64,000 nt of DNA from Trichosphaerium sp. ATCC 40318 (taxonomy: Eukaryota > Protista > Tubulinea), in NCBI GenBank assembly GCA_038496445.1, contig JALMLS010000303.1, positions 40,722 through 104,721 of the forward strand. The letters run 5' to 3'. Below the pieces are notes generated by a model. That model saw only the letters and a list, made by a program, of their open reading frames with translations, made no database searches and was not told the origin of the DNA. The position numbers and the translations under genes are program-made. Every line of letters starts with the position of its first letter. Position 1 is the stretch's first letter. This document shows positions 15,202 to 28,078 of the stretch, one piece after another.

Positions 15202-17984
15202 ATGTCTAAAGTAACGAAACCAACGAAAGAACAGTTGAAAGAGTACTGCAAGACTTTTGGTTTAGATTTTGATGACAGCGACCTTGATCTTGTACAAACC
15301 ATGGTGACAGGTGCGTTTGATGGGTATATTTGAGCTTAAAATCGGTTTACACCAAGTTCAGATAGATTAAAGCTCTACGATGACCTCGCATCACTACCAG
15401 ACTACCAACCACGCGTATACACACGAAAACGTTCAAGTGTCAAATAAAAATCATAAATAGGTTGAATACGCCCGTAAGGGATGTTGGGAACCAGAAGATA
15501 ACGAATTCAACGCCTGGTATGTCAAATGTGACATCAAAGGAGAAAAGGTAACGAAACTTTTCTTTTTGCCATCCAAGTGGTCCAAAGTTTGCCTTGTTAC
15601 TACTCCTCGTGCTAATATTTTACTCAGGAGGGTCCTCTCGCTGGTAAAACAGTTGCTATCAAAGGTGAGTCACATGACAAACACGTGATATTTTAAACTG
15701 TGAACGTGTTTAACGGTGTGAATGATCTATTTTTGCTGTTAGTTCCCCGTTTTTTTAATGCAATGTAGACAATGTTTGCGTTGCTGGTGTCAAAATGATG
15801 AATGGTTCGCATACTCTTGAAGGTAGTTTTTACTGTTACAAAAACATGTTGTAACTGACATTATAGGTTATGTACCAGACGTTGACGCGACAATTATTAC
15901 TCGTATTTTGAGAGCTGGTGGTACAATCGCTGGGTTCGTTTTTTTTTGTTCTGAGAAATAAGAAAAAACCTAACTTTACTTACTTAGTAAAGCTCACTGT
16001 GAAGATTTATGCTGTTCTGGTGGTATGTATATTACTATTCAATTATTACATTACATACATTGTCTTATATTTTTACCACAGGCAGCAGCTCGAACTTCAA
16101 ATGTACGATTAAAGCACACATGTTTTAAGATTTAAGCAGAAGGTCATGGCGTGTAGGTATGACATTAAACCCGAACAATAAGAAGTATAGCGCTGGTGGT
16201 TCAAGCTCTGGTTCAGGAGCGATTGTAGCTAGTAACCAAGCGGACCTAGCAATAGGTGGTGACCAAGGTTCGTTTTTCATTGAAGCATGAAGCTTGAATC
16301 ATTCTCTTTTGTTTTATTGCATTTAGGTGGATCGATAAGAATTCCTTCTGCCTTGTGTGGCATCGTTGGTCTGAAACCAACTCATGGACTTGTGCCTTAC
16401 ACAGGTGTATTTACTATTGAGTACACGGTGCGCTATTTATCCAACATTCAAAAGAAAGCGCATGGTTGTTTTCTTACCTAAGTAAAATAGCTGGATCATG
16501 TTGGTCCCATGTCAAAGACAGTTCGTGAAAATGCTGAATTTCTAAGTGTTTTGGCTGGTTCTGATACTTACGATGCCAGGTACTATAGCTAGTTTAAAGA
16601 ATTGTTTTTATTTGTTGTTAATCATACCAACTTGTTTTGTAGACAAAACTTTCCACCTGGCATGTCTTTTAACTATCTGGATGACCTGGACAAAGGTATG
16701 CACGTGATGATGTTTATATCATAGCCTAACGAGATGGTTCATTTAACACCTTTTAAAGGTGTTAAGGGCCTTAAGATTGGCCGTCTTGTTGAAGGTTTTA
16801 ATATCGCTGATGATGCCGAATCTAAGATTGTGAATGATAAAGTTAATGCTGCCCTTGATGTCCTGAAATCATGTGGTGCTGAAATTATTGATATTTCTGT
16901 ACCTTTTCATAAGCATGCGCTTGGAATATGGAACGCTATAATAACGTACACAAAGAAGCCTTTGAAAAGTCTTTGTTTTAGTTGCTTGTTTATTAGTTAT
17001 CTCGTCCTTCGACTTGTTAAGCAAATATCTAATATATTCCTCTCTTTAGCGAAGGTATGGTTGAACAAATGGTGAAAGGAAATGCATGTGGTACTGGACA
17101 TAAAGGATTAAACATTACGTCCCTTGTTCAAACCTACAGTGCTACAAAGAAGACAAGAGCAAATTCGGTATGGTTCAAATTACAGGCTGATGTTCTTGCG
17201 AGCAACTAGTTTTTGTTTTCTCGCTTTTTTTACTTTTTGATTGTCTTCAAGTAAACTAATGTTCAACTTTGTGTAGCTATCTGAAAGTTGTAAAATTGGT
17301 TGCCTTTCTGGAGAACATATACATCAACAACATCCGAACCATTTTTATGCAAAGGCTCAGAACCTGAATATACGTCTTACATCAGAATACAATGCGGCTT
17401 TATCAAAAGTATCTGTTTTAGCAATGCCTACATTACCTTCTGGAGCACCTCTACTTCCAGTAGGCGACGAGCTTTCAGATTTTAAAGTAATGTACAAAAA
17501 AACTGGTATCAATATTTGTAACACGTGCCCTTATGATGCAACAGGTACGACTACAACTTGCATTTTTTAGTAGTTTTTTTTTGAGGTTTATGCAAAATTG
17601 TCTTGTTAGCCATAAGACTCAAACGTCGTCTCGCCATTTTTATGTAACTATGATTACTTCTTTGTTCAAAAGATCCATCAAAAAAAGATAATAACACAAC
17701 GTGGTTTCCACAAAAATGTTTGTAAAAAGGTGCTAAGATACTGGCTGTCTTCAAAAAGACAACATGTCATGAAAACCTGATACAATTCCCAAAACTCATT
17801 TGTCTGTTATTCGTTTAATTTATTAATAGGTCACCCTGCGCTTACTGTACCGTGTGGAAGATTTGATGATAACAACATACCAATAGGCATTCAATTTGTT
17901 GGTAAAAAATTTGATGAAGCAATGATATATCGTGTTGCAAATGCATATGAAAAAGCTGCACTTGAAAAAGCAGATAAAAAGTAA
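15202..17984 (+). CDS. Amidase-signature family amidase, multi-exon
   Basis: [68 protein letters not shown]. Confidence 0.95.
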
Positions 17985-18160
17985 AATAATGTAAAGGCTG
18001 TGTACCTGCCTAGACTATGTACTTTTATCGCACAGTTACCAACACAAATAAATCTATAAACAGCTTGATAGAGGATGACTACATAAAACCTTCGTGCAAT
18101 GGAGTTACAGATAAAGGTCGTATGTTTATTTTGAAGAACAACTTGAGGAAGTTTTATTAG

Positions 18161-18887
18161 TTAAGAACAAAAAGTAAGTTGGTTGGTAAATTCCTCAACT
18201 TCAAAGCATTCATTAATAGGCCAAACTTGTTGATAGGCTTTGTCGTTACACGTGTAGGTTTCATCTGAAAACGTGACCATTATTGCCTGTTTTAAATATG
18301 ATTATGAGGTTCATTAGCATGTATTATTATTCTGTATTACCTTATTTTGATCACATGCAAAGATATTACTCTGATCCCAATTCGTGCACTTGCCGGTTGG
18401 AAAATATTCATATTGAGTCTCTGTTAAACATGTTGTATCGTTGTACAACTGTAGCTTTATCTGTTTTCCACTAGCAGGGAGAGGTGTGTAGTCTTACAGA
18501 AAGGGTAAGCAACCAAACTACTATGAAAGTATACTTGGACCATGTACATTTCTTACCTTCAGCTGTTGTAAACTTCATCCATATACCAAATTGCTCAACA
18601 CATGTATCAATCGAATAAGTAAAGTTTTGAAAGTAGAGACAGTCACCAGTTTCATCGTATCTTTCAAAAATCGTATCCTACAAACTGATTAAAATAATGA
18701 AAAGAACATTACTTACACCTTCAACTGTGAATATCACGCCAAAAGAACAAGTACCAGTTTGCATCTCCATAAATGATGGATTCGGTACTGTACATGAACT
18801 ATCCTGGTAGCTTTGTTGTATGACTACTTCAGCCACAGTTGTGGCAAGGAATACAAAGAGTATTGTCGCAAGAGGGAGAAGTGGCAT
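18161..18887 (-). CDS. Small secreted Cys-rich protein, family copy 2
   Basis: Signal peptide MPLLPLATILFVFLATTVA; same exon structure as 8503-9236; 3' exons nearly identical. Confidence 0.8.
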
Positions 18888-19295
18888 TCTTCGTAGTTTT
18901 GATGTTTAGGAGAACACGTGTTTCTCTAAATTTTCAGCCAAGAATGCCCGAATTTGGTGATTGACTTGGTTAACTGTACAACAACACTCAGCCTTTTATT
19001 AACAATACCTCGCTTATCCAAAAGTTATTTTCCCGAAACCCCGAATGATTCCTCATCGGCGAAATACCTTTCCGTGACACGTTTTTGCTTTATTATTCCT
19101 AATTACCCACATATATGAGTATTTTATATAATTTTCCATACAGAGAGGATTAGGAAAAGGCAGAATACCAAGCTAACATTCCACGGTTTTATCAATGTGA
19201 TCCAATATCAACCTGGAAAATAATTCGGGTATTAAATACGAAACGGTGTTTCTACATATATGGCTAAAGTCTTTTAACGATATTTGGTAGTGGTA
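18885..19295. repeat. Inverted repeat IR2, right arm
   Basis: Reverse complement of 11047-11505. Confidence 0.9.
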
Positions 19296-19497
19296 ATACC
19301 ACTTTTACCTTGGAATACTGCTGACTGTGCTAAAATTTGAACAGCGACAAGATCAGACAAGTGATGCTTCAAGTAATACAAGTGTGCTAGATACATTCGA
19401 TACTTCAGTGTAATGAAATATCTCTTGTACGCTTTGTAAACTGAACGCTCATAAAGAGAACATTTAGCGTTTTTACAAAGTTAAAATTTACTGTTTC

Positions 19498-19700
19498 CCA
19501 GGTAACTGGTGCTACTTCTGGTATTGGAAAGTGGTAGCTATTGCCTGTGCTATAGAAGGTACTATCAACCTTTTATCAACAATATTTATTCATGTGATAT
19601 AGGGTGCTATGGTGTCAATGTGTGTCGAAGAAAAGAAAGCGAGATAGTATTGTAAGTAGTTTAAGAACGGAGGGGAGGTACAGCAATGCTCACAATTTGG
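19498..19700 (+). pseudogene. Short-chain dehydrogenase/reductase gene fragment
   Basis: VTGATSGIG Rossmann motif, then a frameshift (VAIACAIE), an intron and GAMVSM..RRKE; no continuation. Confidence 0.65.
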
Positions 19701-20121
19701 GATGCGGTGCTAGTCGATAGGGATCGAAAGCTAGCGTTGGTCGTAGCTTTTCAACTCCATTTTCCCAGGCGTAAAATACCTTTGGTGTTTTCCGCTGCGA
19801 CAAATAAAATACATCTCTGATGCACCTATATTACTTGCAGCCTGTAACACAAATCAAATCAATAAATCAGTTGGATAGACGCAAAGTTTTACACCTTTTT
19901 GATACTCCAACATGCCATGTAAGAGCCATAGCTTCCACGTATATCTCAATTCTGACTTACCAAGGGTTTGACTTTACAAACCGCCAAAGGAAACATTTTC
20001 GCATCTGCAACTTGAGATGAAATACATTCATACCTCCGTATAGCAAACTAAAAAGGTCAGTACAGCTAAGTTGTGTAGATAGGATATGTATTTGACGCCT
20101 TGCAATAGGTGGCATTTGAGA

Positions 20122-22216
20122 ATTATAGCAAGTTGTTGAACAATAAAATCTCAACCCGAAAAAGCTAACTAAAGTCATTCGACTTTTCCGACTTGAAAAA
20201 ATGGAAGACGAAAAGTTTGATCACGTGCGAGCCAAGCGCGAAAAAAAAAGATCAAATAGCTACTAAACCGCCAGAAAAACTCTTCCTTTGGTACTGATGA
20301 CTGCGTTTGATTGTTTGAAGGGTTTTTTAATATGTCATCGTTATACAACGTTATGTCAGCGAATACTGCAAAATCTATCATAACAGAATAAACCAACAAC
20401 TCCAGCACAATTTGAACAAAAAGAAGAAAAAAAAATCTCGAGATTTTTCGAGAGGTTGGTCACGGTGTAAAAAGGCTATTTAATCATTTATAAACGTATC
20501 TTAATTAGACTAGATAAACGTGACCTCCGTATTTCTCCGTGTCAATCACAGAAGACTAAGAAGCAGTGAAAACCCAATTTTAGCACAAACTAAAACCCAA
20601 CTGTCACCAAAAAGTATCCCGCTTTTTCTCGAGCTCAAAATACCCCGAGTGTCACCCACAAGACAGTCTCCCAGGTTTTTCCCAAAATCCCAATACCCCG
20701 CTTTTATCCGAGCCGGTGTTACTGTTCCTACCTAAGCTGGTAAACACGGTCAACGAGTCGTAATGACGATATTTGGTAGTGGTAAAACAAGAATTACTGC
20801 AAGTTGTATTCAACATTGGTCGTATATTTTGTTTTGTAATTAATGGTGCTACCACATAATTCAATATTGTATTTGAAATAAAAAAAATAGCACACTTACA
20901 CAACAGTTTATTTGTAACTAGCGCTCTTTTTCACATGCGCTTGGTTACCAAACTTTACATGTGTTTACAATGAGATTCTCCAATTAACACCCAACTACAT
21001 AAATCACGTGATAAACTACGTGGTAGTCAAAACTCCTTGAATAGTCAAAAAAACTGATCATTTTGAGTGTACGTTTTACTTCATCTGTTAATAGCAACAA
21101 CTCATAAACAAGCTTTTTCTGTGGAATAGTTAGAATCACATTGTAAAGTGTAATGCAAAATTATTAACCATAAACGTCCAAACAACGTGATTCAAGCACC
21201 TTCTGCCAAATAAACCTTAGAACAACACAATGATGACCACTTGGCATGATGTTACAACAGCTCTTACAAGCGCCCAGCCTGTACGTATTTTAACTGATCA
21301 CTTGTAAATCAGTTAACAGCAACCGAAGAACCCCACGTTCCCTGTACGTATGGCTGTATCTGCGCCAGTAATGTACAATGAACCAACGTCATCATACAAG
21401 TATTTAAAAGGGCAATGGAGGCCACGTGAATGGAGAATCGGTTTTGATGGTCTACAATACGCCGCTAAGCGATATGAGGTTGCTGAAATGATGCGTACAC
21501 GAAGCCCGTCACAAGTCAGAACTCATTACCAAAAAGTAAAATACAAAGGTACAAATAAACTATTTTAGCCTCTAACTGTTCCTCTTTTAATATTGCGTTT
21601 CTAGGAAAGGTAAACTGCTTCAAACTCGCTTCTGTCGGAATATTTAAACCTCAAGTGGTAGATGAGGTAACATACAACGTTCATAGCATCCTACCTATTA
21701 ATTTGTGTTTTTGATAGCATGACAAAGCAATGATGTCGCTGGATCGAAATGGAATTCCTTTGCCTAAATGTCATGGTCCGTTTTCTACAAGAGAAACTTG
21801 GTTGGCCTTGAGAGCTATATTCCAGTGGGGACTACGACCTGTCAAAATAGCGTGGTGCATTGGTACAAGAAGAACAGGTGATGTAAGAGCAGTGTTGCCT
21901 TTATTGGAGGTACGTTTGAAACCAAATATACAATCACGTGATCAGTCTGTAAGACTACTTTTAGGCTTTGGCAAATGCTCATGGATTTAATAAATCAAGA
22001 AGGTCCTTGAGGCTGAAACGTAAGCGTGATGCTGTAGGTTATGAAGAAACAAGAACAGAATTACAGCAAGAACAATGCATGCTCCCAACAAGTCATCCAC
22101 AATTGAACCAAATATCTTGTGGTGAAACATTCTCTGTACAATTTCCGCAAGCAAATCCACCTCCTTCTTTGTTCCCACTTGTAAATCCAGTACCAGAGAT
22201 TTCATGGCTGGTGTAA
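20122..22216. repeat. Inverted repeat IR3, right arm
   Basis: Reverse complement of 11845-13858. Confidence 0.9.
21230..22216 (+). CDS. Myb/SANT-domain protein, copy 2
   Basis: MMTTWHDVTTALTSAQP|QPKNPTFPVRMAVSAP..; first intron 21281-21319; near-identical to 11845-12834. Confidence 0.8.
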
Positions 22217-23039
22217 CTGATCTCTAGTGTAATTATGTAAATAATAAAGTTTGACTATCCTTGTTAAAGCGTGTTGCTTTAAATAACGTCCACGTGTTAT
22301 TTGATACAACGCAATAGAGTGTACATTATTCTCGCCAAAATGGAATGGTGTTAATGTTTCAGCCATAAGAGTAAGACTACAAAACCAGTAAACAATTTTT
22401 TCAACTTTGAAAAAATGGAATAAAAAGCTCAGTTATGAAAGTGTACACGAGTTTGGTGATTAAAAAGCGTTTTACCGTCCCCTTGTAATTTTGCTCAATT
22501 CCGAGTTTAATGAGCCGGCAGTGTCTGGGTATTGACAGCACGAATGATTTGAGTGATTTTGCTCATATAAAATACTCACATACGCGGTAATTACGAATAA
22601 TAAAGCAAAAACGTGTCACGGAAAGGTATTTCGCCGATGAGGAGTCATTTAGGGTTTAATAACTTTTTTTTTAGATTTGGGTTAACTTGATTGTAACGTG
22701 CAACAGCATACGTTACTATTCTCTGATTACATTTAATCATGAGACTAATGATATCTCGATAAAATGTATTCTCTGAATTATGTAATGACCTTTAATAAAT
22801 ACGCTATTATCCTACAACTAAGGCCACTTCTCTCTTACACGTATTCTCATCTTTCGTGTGCCCTTCAACGTTTCATTGATACCAAAGTGGAGGCGCAGAA
22901 AAGAAATAAGGAAACCTGGCAAAACAACTTTGTAAGGAATTAAGGCAGACTATTCATTAAGCCGTTTTTAGAAAATAAACTAACTTCTCGCAGTATACTT
23001 GTGCTCGCAACACTCGCACACTATTAGTACGATTATTTG

Positions 23040-24655
23040 ACAAAAACTAACGGTGATCATACAATGGAAAAGGAGAAACAACAAACACAGTTCAACCAAG
23101 TATTCGACCTTGTTGCGCTACCAATTGAGTTAATAGTCCATATTCTCAAACAAGGGACGTATACACTTCGTACAGCCCAAACGTGCCATCTTTTACGAGA
23201 TATTGTTCACAACCATGTTGGGTATGGCCGTATCCGTATTAAAAACACAAATGAAGTTCAGATGCTTTCTGGTAGTCCATTACTCCACAATACGAATTGA
23301 TTTTTTTCAATATACGCCAACAAACGACATTATTGCAGCATTGGCAGGTGTACACACAATCTCCTTGTATGATTGTGAGTCAATAACAGACAACGGCATT
23401 GCAGCATTGGCAGGTGTGCACACTATCAACTTGTTTGCGTGTAGATCAATAACAGACAATGGCATTGTGGCATTGGCAGGTGTACATGATATTAATTTAA
23501 CAGATACAAATGTAACAGATGAAGGTTTGAAGGCATTGGCAGGTGTACACACTATCAACTTATGTTATTGTAAATCAATAACAGACAGTGGCATTGTGGC
23601 ATTGGCAGGTGTACATGATATTAATTTATCAGATACAAATGTAACAGATGAAGGTTTGAAGGTATTGGCAGGTGTACACACAATCTCCTTGTATGGTTGT
23701 AAACCAATAACAGACAATGGCATTGTGGCATTGGCAGGTGTACACTCTATCAACTTGTATGGTTGTAAATCAATAACAGACAATGGCATTGCAGCATTGG
23801 CAGGTGTACATACGATTGATTTATCATTTACAAATGTAACAGATGAAGGTTTGAAGGTATTGGCAGGTGTACACACTATCGACTTGTATGCTTGTAAATC
23901 AATAACAGACAATGGCATTGCGGCATTGGCAGGTGTACACTCTATCAACTTAGACGCTTGCCGATCAATAACAGACAATGGCATTGTGGCATTGGCAGGT
24001 GTACATAGGATTAATTTATCACATACAAATGTAACAGATGAAGGTTTGACGGCATTGGCAGGTGTGCACTCTATCAGATTGTTTGGTTCTAAGTCAATAA
24101 CAGACAATGGCATTGCGGCATTGGCAGGTGTACATGATATTAATTTAACAGATACAAATGTAACAGATGAAGGTTTGAAGGCATTGGCAGGTGTGCACTC
24201 TATCAGATTGTTTGGTTCTAAGTCAATAACAGACAATGGCATTGCGGCATTGGCAGGTGCACACACTATCTCCGTGTATGGTTGTGAGTTAATAACAGAC
24301 AATAGCATTGCAATCACTGGTAGGCGCAAAATTAATTAGCTTGGAAATATTCAGCAAAATTATTTCATGTCATGTACAATATGTCTAATCTATGTAAGCA
24401 GTTGTTGCTCTAGTAAAGTTCTATTAATCAGTAAGAAAAATGTATTTGCACTCAAGTATATTCCGCTTAGACATCCTTAATGGGCATTTCCAGATCACTC
24501 TTTGAAAAAGTCTCTATTTTGTTAATCGACAGAAACTAACACACATACACATGACTTGTGTGCCAAGGTTGGAACAAAACGAAAAAAGGAAGTTAACATG
24601 ACCATTCACCAAAGGGTTAAATAAAGCATGTTACAACTTTATTTGAAGCACCTTG
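23040..24655. repeat. Inverted repeat IR4, left arm (partner 35387-36780)
   Basis: The LRR gene, ~105 bp of identical 3' flank (24335-24440 vs 35576-35681) and a further block 24535-24655 vs 35387-35504 match in reverse complement. Confidence 0.9.
23064..24339 (+). pseudogene. F-box/LRR protein gene (14 LRR modules + cap) with a frameshift between the F-box and the LRRs
   Basis: F-box-like LVALPIELIVHIL..AQTCHLLRDIV; relative to the 36756 paralog 2 nt are missing near 23294, giving TGA at 23298. The LRR frame 23203-24339 is fully open. Confidence 0.8.
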
Positions 24656-25269
24656 TACTTTTGTAGTGAAACCACCTGCATAGAAAAGGTTCGTCCAATG
24701 ATATTACAGTAGGTCATGCTAGTGTGATATACACCAAAGGCAAGTATTGTGAACTTTCAAGTGTTGCCAGCCATTCAGCTGTTTGGGTAGTGCCTGAATA
24801 TTGTCCAAGTTACTTTGAAAAAAAGTTGTAGGTTTCGGCAAGCTTAGTGATGGTTTGTTCTATATTGCAAAGATGTTATCTACTGCTTATTTGCTGTATT
24901 TGAAGTGCTTTGTGACTACTTACAACTGAATGAAACCCTACATATCAACAACTTCGTGTCAGCTGCTACAGAAAAAAAACCAAGAGGTTTTTTGACATGT
25001 GGTTTTGCTTTTTGACAAAAGGCACGTAGCCTTTTTGTGAATATTTTACTATGGCATCAATTGTACACTATTCTTGATCGAGGTAGGGAGATTTAAAAAT
25101 AGTTATCTTGGTTGCTCCGGAGTCTATAAATAATCATATTTACACAACTTTTTGTTCACATTTTTTTCTGTTACTGCTACATTGATTAAAACAACGAATC
25201 AATCAATGTAGTGAGCAAAAAAAAATATTGTTAGCATCATGAAATGGGAGAGAAGAGTACATTTTGCTG

Positions 25270-27897
25270 TCATCATGTATGTTGACAGTTAAGCAAGTGG
25301 GTGAACTTGAGGTTGTCGAGAAAACTCGTGTACGTTACTAAATTCAGTCAAATTCAATGGCAAGTACTTTACTCAATCAATTCTGAATTGACCCTTTAGA
25401 TCAATCCTTCAATCCAATAAAGGCAGCGCAAGGTGATCTGGGAGGAAAAATAACACACAGTTCCTGACCGATAGCTCTGGTGCAGAGCGAGCGTGTGGTT
25501 TATTTTCCCTCATCAGGTTCACCTTCTGCTTGGAGGCTATGTCAGGTTCCTTTTGGGTTAGTGTGGAATAACATACAGACAAGTAAAATCAAACTCGCTT
25601 ATTTTTATTACAATTTGTTTTTGAGAAAGAAAAAAAGGATTATAAGCGACGTAAGTGGCTCTCATTTGATAAGAGGTATGTTTTAAATTCTTCAAGTGCA
25701 TCAGATACTGCTTTTTTAGCGAAATCTTTTAAAGCTTGTTGATCAATATCATTAAGGAACCATTCTGTGTATTCGAAAAGAGGTACATGTCCATCACCAT
25801 CAGTGTCAGCCATTTTCTAGAAAAAAAGTTAGTAAATGAAGTTTTCCTTGTTCTAGAAAAAGTCACGTGGTTTTTGTTTTGATTATTGGATTTATGAATA
25901 TTTTAGTGGTTTAACGTACATATCCGAATTGGTATATAGCATGATACATCTTTTGTAGAGGGTAATGTTTAAAGTATTTTTCCATTTTTACTTTGTTTCT
26001 CATTTCAATTTGCTTGTCATCAGGAACATTCTTTTCAGTCAAAATCTCATCCAGTACAGTCCTTTAAAAACCATAATTAGAATACATAAGCAAGCAAATA
26101 CAAAACGATGACAAGATCACTAGAGTTGGTTTTTTTATCAAAAAAATTGCAACGTACGGTAAAAGGCTTTTCATAAACATTTGATGTAAGATTGAACACT
26201 GCTTATTCATATGTTTGAATTCGCTTTGAGATACTCTATCAGAGTGATTTGTATCCAGTAACATAAAACTCACTAGTGTATAATGTTAGTAAGGTCTCAC
26301 ACAAGGAGATAAAGACGGTTTGAACAATCCAAAAAAAGAAAAGACGTACACTCGCATATCTCGTGACGACCAGTAGCAAGCTTAATACGATCTAGAAAAG
26401 TCACAAAGGCCTTTAATGGCACTACAGACTTTTTATGGAGTGACTTATAATAGCCATGAATCAAACTAGCAGTAGTAGAAGCATAGATTTGTTGACAAGT
26501 TTGTTGTTCTTTTATAGGCAGATCATTCATTGTCTTTAGGTAAACACTGCAGTCAGGATTAGACACTAAAGTGTCTAAAATATTTCCATTAAAATAAAGA
26601 CTGTGGTTCATGAATTTATGCTTAAATAAAGATGTAAGTAACAGAAATTACATCGAAAAAAAAACGTGAAATAAAACAAATTATCAAAAAATCAGGAACT
26701 TCTTCACTGCTGTTGACTTACCAATATTGGAAATACTTTTGCTGTATTGAGGTAATTAAATACTTGTGCTGCGTCTTTAAGATTAATAGTTTGAGAAGGA
26801 GCGGAGTAATATAACTGCTTGGTAGGAGCATCAGTCACTAAAGAAAAAGGAGTAAGCATTTCGAAAAAGCCCTCTTCGAAAATGTCTCAGTAATCAATTT
26901 CTTCTGCCGTACAGCAATCAAAAATCCCTTCTCCAATGAGCTTTGCCCTTATATGTAATTTCCCCTTAATTTTTCTTTTAATCTTATCGCCTGACTGGAG
27001 GTCAAGAATGAAATCACAAAGTGAATCCTTATTTTGAGGTGTAAGCATCTTCATAGAATTACGAATTTGCCACAAGTTTAAACGAGCAACAGCCACTACA
27101 AAACATGTAAATACAACACCAGCAACAACCTTGTAAAGTATCAAGGATTATAAAAGGCTGTGAATCCCGAAAAAGAAAAAACAAAAAAAACGAAAACGTA
27201 CATCCTTTGTGATCGTCCTTGGTTTGAATACAAAGGTCAATATCGAAGCTTGTACCCGCTACCTTTGCTAGTACGCCGTCTTCTTCCCATGTGCATTGCT
27301 TAAAGTACTGTTAGAGCGGAATAAAGTGAAAACCTTTAGGAAATAATTTCAGAATTTTTGCGCTGTATGTTCGTACCATTGGTGCGTTTTCAGCTGCTTT
27401 TACTGCTGAAGCTTCTGTTTCAAAATATTCTGGGTTTGGTGAATTATCTCCACGCCAGTGCGTATGTACGCATAGTTTTGGCGTAACTAGGTGCGTTAGA
27501 CAGTATCCTGTACATTCTTCCAGAAAATATACGCCTAGAGAACTACATTTTGCTCAAACTGGCCGTGGTTTTAGCCAATGTAGCAGGGGCATCTACGAAG
27601 TGGCTTAGAATTAAATTCGTTTTATGTACCAGGTAATTGTCCATCGATGTCTACGAGCTTGTGGATGTGTAATTGAACGTCCAGTTGACCATTAACACCG
27701 ATTGGTGCCGCATTTAATTGCGAATCGGAGTCTGACTCAGAATCGTTATCTTGCGGAGCAGGTGGTGCCGTAGGAGGTGTTGGCGCGGTCACAGTAGATT
27801 TACTACCAGACAAAGAAGCTCCAGTGGAGACAGTGCTAGAGTTCAAAGGTTGACTAGAAGCAGTTGTAGAAACTGCGTCGTTGCTTTGTTGGCTCAT
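25270..27897 (-). CDS. Multi-exon protein with Ser/Pro-rich N-terminus, probable C2 domain and EF-hands
   Basis: LDVQLHIHKLVDI..VAVARLNL..KGKLHIRAKL (C2-like); DTNHSDRVSQSEF and DTDGDGHVPLFEY (EF loops). 3' end approximate. Confidence 0.6.
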
Positions 27898-28078
27898 TTT
27901 GGAATGTACTTTACTAAAGTACAGCCTTATTTAGTCAGTTTTCCATACTTAACAGTCATCGCTTTTTGGTACCCCTACAACCATTAATCTAACATAGTAG
28001 GAGTACAAGAGCTATATTTAGGCTTAATTGGGAAACCGTTGACGGTCGAAAACTCAATTCGTAATCAGACATGTTGTT

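Noticed and set aside
11845-22216. IR3 as one PIF/Harbinger-type transposon (Myb gene + inverted ends)
   Set aside because: No DDE transposase, the arms are whole intron-containing genes, and no TSD was identified.
23330-24300. CRISPR-like look (constant repeat + variable spacer)
   Set aside because: Units are in-frame 63/66-bp coding modules, the variable parts are homologous to each other, there are no cas genes and the context is eukaryotic.
23565-24329. Long antisense ORFs over the LRR genes (also 23307-23558, 35687-36559)
   Set aside because: Shadow frames of a stop-free tandem repeat; the opposite strand carries the F-box and LRR consensus.
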